A stretch of 64,000 bases of DNA from Nitrospirota bacterium. GTDB taxonomy: Bacteria > Nitrospirota > UBA9217. The position numbers and the translations under genes were made by a program. The notes under the pieces were generated by a model, which saw only the letters and a list, made by a program, of their open reading frames with translations, did no database searches and was not told where the DNA came from. Positions within the stretch are counted from its first letter, which is position 1. Every line of letters begins with the position of its first letter. The stretch is taken from positions 149,398-213,397 of the forward strand of contig CAVVOB010000022.1 of NCBI GenBank assembly GCA_963749655.1, given 5' to 3'. This document shows positions 50,807 to 62,154 of this stretch, piece by piece.

Positions 50807-51958
50807 ATGTCACGCGACCGGACGCGCCGTCCCGCTTCCGCCGGCTTCTTCGAGCGGATCCCGCGCCGAGCGGTCCTGCTCTTCCTCGCGGCGGTGTTCT
50901 TCGTCTTCGCGCCCGTCAACCTTCTTCTCAGCGCCCGCTTCGCCGAGCCGCCTCCCTTGAACGCCGCGCTCGTGCTGGCACTGCTCTCCGGCGCCCTTGC
51001 GGTGAGCTGGGCTGCGACGTTCGCCGTCTCCCGGTGGTTCGCCGTCGGGATCGTGGTCCTGACGCTGGCGGTGATGGCCCTCTCCGGCCCGCTCGCTCCA
51101 TCCGTGCTCGGGATTCGCGCCCAGCTTCCATCTCTCGCGGGCCTGGCGATCGTGGGTGCGATCGCGCTCGGCTACGTGTTGTTCGTCGCCTTCATCAACG
51201 GCCAGGGGCGCAGGACGCTCCGTCTGATGACCGAGATGGCCCTGGCTCGAGGGATCCACGCCTCGCTCGTGCCCACGATCGAGCATGCCGACAGCCGGTT
51301 CGAGGTCGACGCCGTCTCCCAGGCCTCGAGCGAGATGGGCGGCGACCTCGTCGATGTGGTGGACCACGGCGCGACCACGGACCTCATCCTCGCCGACGTT
51401 TCCGGCCACGGCGTCAAGGCGGGCGTCGTGATGGGGATGGTGAAGTCGGCGATCCGCATGGGGCTCCGTGCGCAGCACGACCTGGCGGGCCTCGCGCGCG
51501 ACCTCAATGACGTCCTGGTGCAGACGACGAGCGGCGAGATGTACGCGACTCTCGCCCTGCTGCGCCTGCATCACGCCGAGCGGACGCTGGAGTGCGTGCT
51601 CGGCGGCCACTCGCAGGTGCTGCTCCACCGCGGCGCGGAGCCTGCCGCGCGCAGGATCGGTGACGGTGGGTTCCCGGTGGGCCTGCTGCCGGGCAGCCAG
51701 TACGAGGTGAGCGTGGAGCCGCTCTCGGCCGGCGACCTCCTCGCCGTGTGGACCGACGGCCTCGACGAGACAGCGGACGCGGCCGGCCGGGAGCTCGGCG
51801 GCCAGGCGATCGAGCGGGCGATCGTCGAGCGTGCCGATCGTCCACTGGCCGAGATCCGGCGGGCGGTGTTCGACCTGGTCCGCGCGCACGGCCCGCAGCG
51901 AGACGATCGTTCACTGCTGCTCCTTCGTGTCGGTCTTGGTGTCCAGCCGCAGGTTTGA
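50807..51958 (+). CDS. Membrane PP2C/SpoIIE-family phosphatase
   Basis: Five TM helices, MGGDLVD, ADVSGHG, WTDGLDE, DDRSL. Confidence 0.9.
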   Translation: MSRDRTRRPASAGFFERIPRRAVLLFLAAVFFVFAPVNLLLSARFAEPPPLNAALVLALLSGALAVSWAATFAVSRWFAVGIVVLTLAVMALSGPLAPSVLGIRAQLPSLAGLAIVGAIALGYVLFVAFINGQGRRTLRLMTEMALARGIHASLVPTIEHADSRFEVDAVSQASSEMGGDLVDVVDHGATTDLILADVSGHGVKAGVVMGMVKSAIRMGLRAQHDLAGLARDLNDVLVQTTSGEMYATLALLRLHHAERTLECVLGGHSQVLLHRGAEPAARRIGDGGFPVGLLPGSQYEVSVEPLSAGDLLAVWTDGLDETADAAGRELGGQAIERAIVERADRPLAEIRRAVFDLVRAHGPQRDDRSLLLLRVGLGVQPQV

Positions 51959-52185
51959 CCGCTGCCGCGCCGCGGCAAGAGCCTCGGCGGCCGTGCGATC
52001 GCGCTGGCCGATGCGCGCGGCCGGAACGTCGGCGGGTCTCCGTGCTGAGGGGCAACAGCGTCGCGAGGGAGGGCCGCGCGGTGCCGACTGCGACCAGGAA
52101 TCGATCGCGACCTCCGGCGGAAACCTCGTGGGCCTGCTGGCGCTTGTCGGGGTCGAACGGCGCGCCGGTCATGCCCTCGATCCAG

Positions 52186-52408
52186 ATGCGTTGGTGTCCA
52201 GGATCACGCTCGATCTCTTTGCGCAGCCGGCGGAGCTTCCCGAAGCCCTGCATCCACTCCGGCTCGCCCGGGTGAGCCGTGCTCCTGGGTGTGCGAGCTT
52301 CTCCTGCAGCGCTTCGCTCACGAACGCCTTGAGCGATTGGCCGCGCTCGGCGGAATTCGACTTGACGCGGCGGAAGAGGGCGTCCGGGATCTCGAGCGTC
52401 GTCTTCAT
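52186..52408 (-). pseudogene. vapB-like RHH antitoxin followed by only the first ~7 codons of vapC
   Basis: MKTTLEIPDALFRRVK...EALQEKL...WMQGFGKL, then (V)ILDTNA cut at the 40-bp repeat. Confidence 0.7.
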
Positions 52409-52482
52409 GGTTCCGTTCGGGGCTGAGGGCGCTCGTACGGGTGCGCTCTCGGCGTGGCCCGCTCTGGCCGGCCAGGACTTCG

Positions 52483-52902
52483 CTACTCGAGCAGACGCGT
52501 GAGGATGCGCACGAGCGCGCGCTGCTCGCGGAGAGACAGGCGCTCGAGAGCGGCAGGCGGGGCCGTCATGCGATCGAGCAGCAGGGCGCGGAGTCGGCAA
52601 CCCGTGCGGGTGAGGACCAGCACCTTGACCCGGCGGTCCGCGGCCGACGGGCGGCGACGCACCAGGCCGCGCGATTCGAGCCGGTCCACCAGCCCCGTCA
52701 CGTTCGACGCGTCACAGGCGAGCGTCTCGGCGAGCTGCCCCATCGGAATCGGCCGGTCGGGCTCGATCAGGTGCAGCACGTGACACTGCGCGGGCGAGAG
52801 CTGGAGGTCCGCGGCCAGCGGCGGCAGGGTGGCGCGTTGGGTGAAGAAGAACCGCACCAGGAGCTGCCAGGCGCCGCAGTCGGGAGGACTCGCGCGCTTC
52901 AT
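52483..52902 (-). CDS. MarR family transcriptional regulator
   Basis: LSPAQCHVL, CDASNVTGLVDRLESRGLVRR..DRRVK. Confidence 0.9.
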   Translation of the reverse strand: MKRASPPDCGAWQLLVRFFFTQRATLPPLAADLQLSPAQCHVLHLIEPDRPIPMGQLAETLACDASNVTGLVDRLESRGLVRRRPSAADRRVKVLVLTRTGCRLRALLLDRMTAPPAALERLSLREQRALVRILTRLLE

Positions 52903-52939
52903 CCCGGAGCAGTATAGTTCACTTCTATCGTTCACTCCA

Positions 52940-52981
52940 ATAGTTGACATCATCAAGTATCCTGCGTATCTTCGCTGTATG
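52940..52981 (+). promoter_or_regulatory. MarR-type operator overlapping a sigma70 promoter for a probably leaderless lon
   Basis: ATAGTTGA-N5-TCAAGTAT (52940-52960); TTGACA 52944-52949, 17 bp, TATCTT 52967-52972; ATG at 52979. Confidence 0.6.
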
Positions 52982-55261
52982 GCACTCCTCAGGGTGGTTC
53001 CCCTGGACGACGTCGTGGTGTTCCCGGGCATGCCGGTCACGCTGCCGGCGGATGTCGGCGGCGACCCGCGCGTGTTCCTCATCCCGCGGCGCGGGACGGG
53101 CTACGCCAAGGTGGGCGTGGTCGCCGAGGTGTCGGAGCGCGTCGCCCTCGGCGGACGTGGCGTGGCCTCGTTCGTGCCGCTCCACCGGGGCGTGCCCGGC
53201 GCGGCGCAGACCGGGGCGGACGGCGTCCTGCGCCTGGAAGTCGACGAGCGTCCGGACCTCGACGCCGCCCCCGAGCCTGACGCGCGATCTCGAGCGCGAG
53301 TACCGGGCGGTGGTGGAGGAGATTCTCGAGCTCCGCGGCGACGACGGCCGGATCAGCGCCTTCGTCCGCTCCATCACCGCATCCGGGCTCGCTGGCGGAC
53401 ACCGCAGGCTACTCCCCGGACCTCAACGTCGATCAGAAGCTGGAGCTGCTCGAGACCCTGGACGTGGTCGAACGGCTGACCCTCGCCCTGCGGTTCCAGC
53501 AGGACCGGCTGGCGGAGCTGCGCGTTCGGAAGCGCATTCGCGACGAGGTGGAGTCGGGCACGCAGAAACAGCAGCGCGAGTATCTCCTGCGCCGGCAGAT
53601 GGACGCGATCCGCAAGGAGCTCGGCGAAAACGAGGGATCGGTCGCCGAGGAGTATCGGACGAAGATCGCGGCCGCCGGCATGCCGGAGCCGGTTCAGAAG
53701 CAGGCCGAGCGCGAGCTGGCGCGATTCGAGCGCATGGGCGAGTCGAACGCCGAGGGGTCGATGATCCGGACCTATCTGGATTGGCTGCTCGCCGTTCCCT
53801 GGTCGAAGCGATCGGAGGAGCGCCTCGATCCCCAGCACGCGCGAGAGGTCCTGGACGCCGATCACGCCGGCCTCGACGACGTGAAGCGGCGCATCACCGA
53901 GTACCTGGCCGTCCGCAAGCTGCGCGCGGAGCGTGGCCTGACGGACGATCGCCGGTCGGGCGCCATCCTGACCCTGATCGGTCCTCCGGGAACCGGCAAG
54001 ACCTCGATTGGCGAGTCGATCGCCCGGGCCACCGGCCGGCAGTTCGTCCGCATGTCCCTGGGTGGCGTGCGCGACGAGGCCGAGATCCGGGGGCATCGCC
54101 GCACGTATATCGGCGCCCTGCCGGGCCGGCTCGTACGCGCCTTGCGAGACGCCGGCACGATGAATCCGGTGATCCTGCTCGACGAAGTGGACAAGCTGGG
54201 AGCGGACTGGCGCGGCGACCCCTCGGCGGCGTTGCTCGAGGTGCTCGACCCGGCGCAGAACCATGCGTTCCAGGATCACTACCTCGACGTGGAGCTCGAT
54301 CTGTCGCACGTGCTGTTCATCGCGACCGCCAACGTGGCGGATACGATTCCCGCGCCGCTGCTCGACCGGATGGAAGTGATCCGGTTCGACGGCTACACGA
54401 CCGACGAGAAGGTGGCCATCGGGCGCGACTATCTGTGGCCGCGCCAGGTGGAACGCAATGGTCTGCGTCCGACCGACGTCACGATCGACGCCGACGTGCT
54501 GCGGTTCGTCGTCACCAACTACACGCGGGAGGCCGGCGTCCGCCAGTTGGAGCGCGAGCTGGGCACCGTGCTGCGCAAGACCGCCACGCGCGTCGCCGCC
54601 GGTCATCAGCCGAGGCCGTTGGTCATCGATTCCGCGGCCGTGCTGGAGGCGCTCGGGCGGCCGAAGTTCTATCAGGAGGTCGCGGCGCGCACCGGCGTCC
54701 CGGGCGTGGCCACCGGACTCGCCGTCACCGGTGCGGGCGGAGACGTCCTCTTCGTCGAAGCGGCGTCGATGGCCGGCAAGCGGTGGCTGGTGCTCACCGG
54801 ACAACTGGGCGACGTCATGAAGGAATCCGCTCGGATTGCGCTCACCTACGTCCAGAGTCACGCGTCCGAGCTCGGCATCGACGAACGGCACCTTCGACGG
54901 CCGTGAGTTTCACGTGCACGTGCCCGCCGGGGCGATCCCCAAGGATGGGCCGAGCGCGGGCGTGACCATGGTCGCGTCGCTCGCGTCGCTCCTCACCGGC
55001 CGTCCGCTCAAGAGCACGGTGGGCATGACCGGCGAGGTGACGCTGCAGGGGCTGGTGCTGCCGATCGGCGGCCTCAAGCAGAAGGTGCTGGCCGCGCACG
55101 CGGCCGGCTTGACGGAGGTGATCCTCCCGGAGCGCAACGCGCCCGACCTGGACGACGTGCCGTCGGACGTTCGCGAGCACATGCAGTTTCATGCCGTGAA
55201 GTCGGCGAACGAGATGCTCGCGCTCGCACTGGAGCCGCCTGCCCTCGCGATGGTCGCGTAG
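52979..55261 (+). CDS. lon: Lon protease (endopeptidase La), frameshifted
   Basis: QREYLLRRQM, GPPGTGKTS, RGHRRTYIGALPG, LDEVDK, PKDGPSAG, PIGGLKQK. Confidence 0.95.
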
Positions 55262-55431
55262 CGGACGACCCCGAAAAGGCCCTGACAGCCCGACAATTCG
55301 GTCTGGAGCGAAAGCCCAGGGCGATGGGATGTCGTCACATCTTTTATCCTCGAGCTGCTGATCCATCCCGTCATATAGGAGATCTGGAGTGGCAGTGGGC
55401 ACGACAGACGAGGTTGGTGGGAGGAGTTCGC

Positions 55432-55971
55432 ATGAGGGGATGGAGTCTCGCGCTTGGAGTGCTGGCGGCCGTTGCCGCCGCAGCGTGTGGGAGCGGTCAC
55501 TCGCAGATGACCGGGCCTGCGACGGGGCCGACGATGGGCACGGCGCTCACCGGTGTCTCGCCGACAGAAGGCGCGACTGCCGTGGCCTTGAATGCATCGA
55601 TCACGCTCCATTTCGGCGGCGCCATGGCTGCGGGAATGGAGCAGTACATGGACCTGCACATGGGGGACCTCTCTGGGCCGACGGTCCCCATGAACTGCAG
55701 CTGGTCGGGAGACCGCCAGACTCTGACGTGCACGCCACGCTCACCGCTGAAGCCGCACACGACCTATGCGATCCACATGGGCGGTGGCATGATGAGCGCC
55801 AACGGCGTGATGATCGATTACTCGCAGGGTCTGGCGCTGGGCGGCCAGTGGATCATGGGTGGCATGATGAGCGGGACCCACGGCGGCGGCATGGGGTGGG
55901 GGATGATGGGCGGCGACTGGCGCAATCCCAACGGCAGCTACGGGATGATGTTCACGTTCACGACCGCTTGA
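55432..55971 (+). CDS. Met/Gly-rich lipoprotein with an Ig-like (Big_5/CopC-like) domain
   Basis: AAAAC lipobox; VSPTEGATAV...ITLHFGGAM...LTCTPRSPLKPHTTY...FTFTT. Many Met residues. Confidence 0.7.
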   Translation: MRGWSLALGVLAAVAAAACGSGHSQMTGPATGPTMGTALTGVSPTEGATAVALNASITLHFGGAMAAGMEQYMDLHMGDLSGPTVPMNCSWSGDRQTLTCTPRSPLKPHTTYAIHMGGGMMSANGVMIDYSQGLALGGQWIMGGMMSGTHGGGMGWGMMGGDWRNPNGSYGMMFTFTTA

Positions 55972-56074
55972 GCACCGCCGTTGCCTGGTCGAGCAGTGTG
56001 CAGTTTTGGCCAGCGCCGCTGCTGCTCCCCATGTGAAGCTTGTGGATAAGCTCCAAACTTGGAGGGAGTGGCCT

Positions 56075-56520
56075 ATGCGTGTGACGAGAATCGTGACGGC
56101 GATGCTGGCGGGTTGTGCGGCGGTCGCAATCTCGGCGGTCCCAGGGCTCGCCGCGCAGACGCCCCAGGCCCCCCACAGCACCAGCATGCGGCGACCGAGA
56201 AGGCGAAGGCCGCCTCGGACATGGCGGTCAGGTGCCAGGCCATGATGGCCGAGCGGGAGCAGATGATGAGCGAGATGAAGGCCGCCGATCAGCGGCTGGA
56301 CGACCTCGTCGCCAGGATGAACACCGCGTCGGACACGGAGAAGGTGGCTGCGACCGTCGCCGTCGTCAACGAGCTCGTAGCGCAGCGCCGGACGATGCGG
56401 GATGGCATGATGAAGATGCAGCACGGCATGATGGGTCACATGATGGGGCACATGCAGGCAGGCAAGGACGCGATGGCCATGTGCCCGATGATGAAGCCGA
56501 TGGGCGGTATGAAGCACTGA
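56075..56520 (+). CDS. Secreted Met/His-rich helical protein, frameshifted
   Basis: Signal peptide; HQH; MMKMQHGMMGHMMGHMQ...MCPMM. Confidence 0.7.
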
Positions 56521-56539
56521 GTACCCTGAGGAGGCCGTG

Positions 56540-56665
56540 ATGCACGACGGAGGATGGTTGGGAATGGGCGGGATGGGGCTTTACTGGCAGCTCCCCATCC
56601 TGATCCTGGTGGTCGTGCTTCTCGTCTGGCTCTTCGCCAGGAGACGATCGGGGGACGGCCGCTAG
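56540..56665 (+). CDS. 41-aa small membrane protein (not in the ORF track)
   Basis: RBS GAGGAGG; MHDGGWLGMGGMGLYWQLPILILVVVLLVWLFARRRSGDGR. Confidence 0.6.
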   Translation: MHDGGWLGMGGMGLYWQLPILILVVVLLVWLFARRRSGDGR

Positions 56666-56720
56666 CTGGAGAGGGTCCTCGAGACGTTGGCTTCAGTGGA
56701 ATCCGGCAGCGGAGGCAGGA

Positions 56721-57327
56721 ATGACAAAGTGGGCGATCGGCTGTGGGGCGATCCTCGTCATCGTCGTGCTCGTTCTGGGTCTGGCCGTCCTTGGCGGGTA
56801 CAACAGCCTGGTGGGTCTGGATCAGGCGGTCCGGGCCCAGTGGGGACAGGTCGAAAACGTCTACCAGCGGCGGGCAGACCTCGTCCCGAATCTCGTCGAG
56901 ACCGTGAAGGGCGCGGCCGCGTTCGAGAAGAGCACCTTCACGGCCGTGACCGAGGCGCGGTCGCGAGTCGGGCAGGTCGCGGGTGGCGGCCAGAGCGTCC
57001 CGAGCGACCCCGCTGCCTTCGCGAAGTTCCAGCAGGCCCAGGAAGGTCTCTCCTCGGCCCTGTCGCGACTCATGGTGGTCGTGGAGAACTACCCTGACCT
57101 CAAGGCCACGGCGAACTTCCGGGACCTGCAGGCTCAGCTCGAAGGTACGGAGAATCGCATCGCCGTCGAGCGAATGCGGTTCAACGAGACGGCTCAGGCC
57201 TTCAATACCCGGCGCCAGAGATTTCCGATGGTGCTGCTCGCGGGCTTCTTTGGCGACCGCTTCCGAGAGAAGGCCTACTTCAAGGCGCAAGCAGGGAGCC
57301 GAGACCGCGCCGAAAGTGAAGTTCTGA
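56721..57327 (+). CDS. lemA: LemA family protein (frameshift near the 3' end)
   Basis: YNSL, QRRADLVPNLVETVKG, VENYPDLKA, LEGTENRI; true end APKVKF. Confidence 0.92.
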
Positions 57328-57331
57328 GCGT

Positions 57332-58097
57332 GTGAGACGTTCCTCTCGCCAACGCGCTCGCCCGGTTGCTCTTCGCGGGCGTGGCCCTCGCCGCGTGCGA
57401 GGCCCGCGCCGAGGTGCCGGCGGCGCCGACGCGTTGGGTCACCGACTCGGCCGGCTTCCTGTCCGAAGGCGCCCGGCAGGAGCTCGACGGCCGGCTCGAG
57501 AGCTACGAGCGGCAGAGCGGGCACCAGATCCTCGTCTGGATTGGCCGGACGACCGGCGGCGTCCCGCTCGAGGACTTCACCGTCCGGGCCTTCGCGGCCT
57601 GGAAGGTCGGCCGCAAGGGGCTCGATGACGGCCTCGTCCTCTTCGTCTTCGCGGACGATCGGAAGATGCGGGTCGAGGTGGGCTATGGGCTCGAGGGCCA
57701 GGTGCCCGATGCGATCGCGTCGCGGATCATCCGGGAGACGATCGTGCCCCGGGTGCAGGCCGGCGATCACGACGGCGCGATTCGAGCCGGCATCGCTGCG
57801 CTGATCGCAGCCATCGAGGGGCAGGCCGCGGCGCCTGAGCCCGCAGCCGGCCCGGAGTCCGGCCAGTCGCCGCCCGCCGGAGGCGCGCGCTTCCCTCGGT
57901 ATCGGACAGAAGATCCTCATCGGCCTCGCCGTCATCGGCTTTCTGATCCTCTTGGCCACGAACCCTTCCCTCGCCATCTATCTGCTCTTCAGCATCCTCT
58001 CGGGCGGCCGGGGCGGGGGCGGAGGCGGAGCGGCGGCGGTGGATTCTCCGGTGGCGGCGGTCGGTCGGGCGGGGGAGGCGCGTCGGGTTCATGGTGA
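57332..58097 (+). CDS. TPM-domain (YgcG-like) protein with a Gly-rich tail, frameshifted
   Basis: VTDSAGFL, WKVGRKGLDDG, RVEVGYGLEG, GGGGFSGGGGRSGGGGASGSW. Confidence 0.88.
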
Positions 58098-58104
58098 GGG
58101 CACG

Positions 58105-58576
58105 ATGAGACCGAGGTTCATGACGCGCAAGGCGCTCCTGCGTGCGATCGACTCCCGGCGGATCGAGGAAGCCATCCGCCAGGCCGAGCGGAGGACGTCC
58201 GGCGAGATCCGCGTGTCGGTGTCCCGGTTCTTCTGGGGAGACGTCCGGCGGGTTGCCGAGCGCGCCTTCGCCCGCCTCGGCATGACGGCCACGCGCCAGC
58301 GAAACGGGATCCTCTTCTTCATCGTCCCGGCTCGCCGCCGCTTCGTCGTCCTTGGAGACGAAGGGATCCACGCGAAAGTCGGCCAGGAGTTCTGGGAAGC
58401 GAGTCGCGGCGGCGGTCTCCGAGCACCTCCGCGACGGAGACTTCACCCTCGGACTCGTCCACGGCATCGAGACGGTGGGCGAGCAGCTCGCCCTCCACTT
58501 CCCATTCGATCCGGCGACCGACGCCAACGAGCTTTCGGACGAGATCGACTTCGGCGGGAAACCGGCGCAGGACTAG
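58105..58576 (+). CDS. TPM-domain protein, frameshifted
   Basis: AERRTSGEIRV, RNGILFF, LGDEGIH, NELSDEI. Confidence 0.85.
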
Positions 58577-58651
58577 CACGCCGCATTCCTGGTGATGGAA
58601 CCGACGAGCCCGTCTGCACCGGACGCTCGACCGTGTCGGTGAGCCGGCGGT

Positions 58652-59368
58652 TCAGGTCTTCGAGCGGACGCGAGACTCCACGAACGACCGAAGGCGCGCG
58701 TCGGCGTCACCTTTGAAGGCCACGAAGCGCAGGCCGGCGGCGAGCACCGTCTGGGTGTCCGCGTCGAGGACGTGCCGGACCACCTGCGCCCTTCCCTCGA
58801 TGGCGCTGCGGGTGCCAGGCAGGTCGAGTCGGAAGGAGATCTCGGTGCCCACGGGTAGCGCGCGGGGCGTGCGGACGAGCATGCCCGTGGCGGAGAGGTT
58901 TTCGGTCTGTCGAAAAACCAGCGACGGTCCCTCCTCCAGACTCACTTCGACGCGCACGGGGGCGCGAATGCCCACGCGCGGCGGCGCGCCCAGGATCTCG
59001 TGGAGGACCCGCGCGAACTCCTCGGGAGTCGCAGCCGCAGAGACCACGGCGTCGACGCCATTCCCGACGCAGGCGCGGGCCTCCTCGATCCGCTCAGGCG
59101 GCGCGACCAGCACGACGCGGGTCCGATGAGCGGGAAGGCCGGCGTCCACCAGGCGGTGGGCCAGGTCGCTGACCGCGATCCCCGACGGAGGATAGTCGAG
59201 GAGCGCAAGGTGGAACCGGACGTGTCTGGCGAGCTCGAGCGCGGTCTCGGAGGAGGACACCCGATCGAGCTCGAGGCCCTGCCGCAGGAGCGCCGGCGCG
59301 TTGGCAGCCAGTTGCGTAGACCCGCTCCCGACGACGAGGACGCGCCGGCACCCGCTCGGCTCCACCAT
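58652..59368 (-). CDS. Degenerate receiver + PilZ domain protein
   Basis: APPRVGIRAPV...TENLSATGMLV...GRAQVVR..GLRF. Confidence 0.7.
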   Translation of the reverse strand: MVEPSGCRRVLVVGSGSTQLAANAPALLRQGLELDRVSSSETALELARHVRFHLALLDYPPSGIAVSDLAHRLVDAGLPAHRTRVVLVAPPERIEEARACVGNGVDAVVSAAATPEEFARVLHEILGAPPRVGIRAPVRVEVSLEEGPSLVFRQTENLSATGMLVRTPRALPVGTEISFRLDLPGTRSAIEGRAQVVRHVLDADTQTVLAAGLRFVAFKGDADARLRSFVESRVRSKT

Positions 59369-59893
59369 CCGCTCCCGACTCTCGGCCGCCTCGTCAGCGT
59401 CGATCGGATCGAAGGAATCCCCGCGGCCAGGAGAAACGCTACTAACCTATCACGCGCTTCGGCCGACCACTTCGCTAGTCGGCGATGTCGCGAGTGTTCC
59501 ACTTTGACCAGACGTGCGGCGTGGTTTGCCCCACGATGAGTACCTAACTGGAATAGGAAGAAGGCGTGACGTGGGCATTCCGCGAGGAGGCCGTCGGCGC
59601 GGCCACCAGGAGCAGGGCGCGATCGCCGCCCGACCCTCGAGGATGCGGTGGAACAGTTTTGGCCGGTCCAACAGCTCCAGCTGGCGGCTCCAGGAACGCG
59701 GACCATGAGCACAATCACGACCGGGGACGGTACGCAGGTTCGCCACAAGGACTGGGGCGCAGGACGGCCAGCGGTGGTGTCGAGCCACGGTTTCGGTGTG
59801 GATAGCCAGAAGGCTCAGCTGCTGTTCGTGGGCCGTCCCGCCGCTGACGCTCACCCTGCGAGCGATCCCGCCGTCGCCGGCCGATCTTCGCAG

Positions 59894-62142
59894 ATGCCCA
59901 TCGAGGTGGGTCCCCTCGGCGGCGAGCGCTCGCGTCTCCGGGCCCTCCTCGGAATCGGGCCCCGACTGGCCGCGTGGTTCGCAGCGCAGCCGAGGCGCCG
60001 CGTTTGGCTGGCCATGGCGACGACGCTGGGGCTGCTGGCGCTCCTCCCACCTGCGGCCCTCGTCTATCACGTCTACTTCGACTCCGGCGGCCTGCCCGAC
60101 CTCGGGCCTTTCATCCGGTTCGAGGCCCCGAGGATCGGGGAGGTCTACGACGCCCGCGGAAACGTGTTGATCGAGCTGGCCCGGGAATACCGGCGGACGG
60201 TGTCGTACGACCAGGTGCCGAAGGTCCTGCGCGACGCCATCCTCTCTGCCGAGGACAAGAACTTCCTGTCCCACTCGGGTGTCGACTACAGCGTACTGCC
60301 ACGGGTCGTGCAGAAGACGGCGGCGAGCTCGCTGTGGGCCACGTGGAAGGGCGGCCCAGGGGTCCGCCTGCGCCTGCCCCGTGGTGGCTCGACCCTCACC
60401 CAGCAGCTCGTGCGCGGCTATTTCCTCCGGGACCTGACGCGACGGGAGCGGGGCGGCGCGCTCGTTCGCGACGGCCTGGTCCCGCGACTCTTGTCCGTCA
60501 CGCTGGGCGTCTCCGCGAGCAACATGCTGCTCCGAAAGCTCGAGGAGGTGCGCCTGACGCTCTGGCTCGAGCGGGAGATGCGCCGGCGCTACGGCTCGCG
60601 CGAGCGGGCCAAACAAGAGATCTTCGCCCGGCACGCCACCTTCGTCTACCTCGGCAACGGCCGCTACGGCTTCGCCGCCGCGTCCGAGTATTACTTCGGC
60701 AGGCCTCTCGCGAGCTACACGGTGGCCGATGCCGGAGAGGCCGCGCTGCTGGCGGGCATCAGCAAGTCCCCGAGAGACTACACGCCGAGAGCCGGCGACC
60801 CGCGGCCGCTGCGGAGGCGCAACCAGATCCTGGCCCTGATGGCGCGCAATGGCTACATCACCGAGGACGTCGCGAAGCGGGCGCAGGCGGAGCCCATCCG
60901 GGTGGTGGCCCGCAGCCAGATCAAGACCCAGGCTCCCGCCGCCATCGAGGGCGTGCTCGGCGAGCTGGCACGGCACGGCGAGGGCCGCTTCGGGGTGGAG
61001 GACCTCTTCCAGGGGCACATCTCGGTACGGTCCACGGTGGACGAGCGGGCACAGAGGATCGTGAACGAAGCCCTGGAGAACGGCCTCGCCCTCTACGAGA
61101 AGCGCCGACCGCAGGCGAAGGGCCTGGTCCAGGGCTCGGTGGTCGTGCTGCGCAACGCGGACGGGGCGATCCTGGCCGAGGCGGGAGGTCGGCAGGTGTA
61201 CAAAGACCGGCTCATCCGCTACTCGGACCTGAACCGCGTCACCGACTCTCTGCGACAGCCCGGCTCGGCCATCAAGCCCGTCGTCTACCTGGCCGCGTTC
61301 CGAATGGGCATGGACCTCGACACCATCGTGGCCGACGAGCCCATCGATGTGCCGATGGGGGCCAACCGGCCGCTGAAGCAGATCACCAACTACGACAAGC
61401 AGTACAAGGGCCCGATGCCGATCCGCCAGGCCTTGGCGGAGTCCCGCAACGCGGCAACCGTCTGGATCGCCCGCGAGATCAGCCCCGACAACGTGGTCCG
61501 GACGGCACGGGATCTGGGGATCCGCACGCCGCTCCAACCCTATCTCGCGACAGCGCTCGGAGCGTCAGAGGTGCGGCTGCTGGAGCTGGCGGACGCCTAC
61601 CGGGCCATGGCCTCCGGCCTCCTGGCGGAGCCCCACGTCATCGAGAGCGTGACCGATGCCTCGGGCAGGGTGCTGTACCAGGCCGCCAACGCCGGCCGGG
61701 ACATCCGCTCCGCGGGACTGAGCTCCGCCCAGCTGAGCCTGATCCAGGAGGGGCTGCGCGGCGTCGTCCGCCTCCCGAGTGGGACAGCCCACAGCCTGGA
61801 CAGCCGCGCCTTCGGCATTCCGGTCATGGGCAAGACCGGCACCACGAGCGACTTCCGCGACGCGCTCTTCGTGGGATCGACCTACGGGCCGCAGGGCATC
61901 ACCGTGGCCGTGCGCATCGGCTTCGACGACAATCGCGCGCTGGGAGCGAACGAGACCGGGGGCCGCACGGCGCTGCCGGTCTTCCGCGAGATCATGCTCC
62001 GCATCTACAGGGACAGGCTGGTGGGGCCGGCGCCGCAGTTCCCCGCGCCATCGAGAGCGGGATCGACGACTATCTCGTGCTGCAAGCAGCCCTGGAGGCG
62101 GTCCCCAGGGAGACCACGCCCAGCGGCGATGTCGGCGATTGA
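59894..62142 (+). CDS. Class A penicillin-binding protein (transglycosylase/transpeptidase), frameshift near 62045
   Basis: AEDKNF..HSGVD, GGSTLTQQL, RKLEE, RQPGSAIKP, SRN, KTGT. Confidence 0.9.
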
Positions 62143-62154
62143 ACGGAGGAGACA

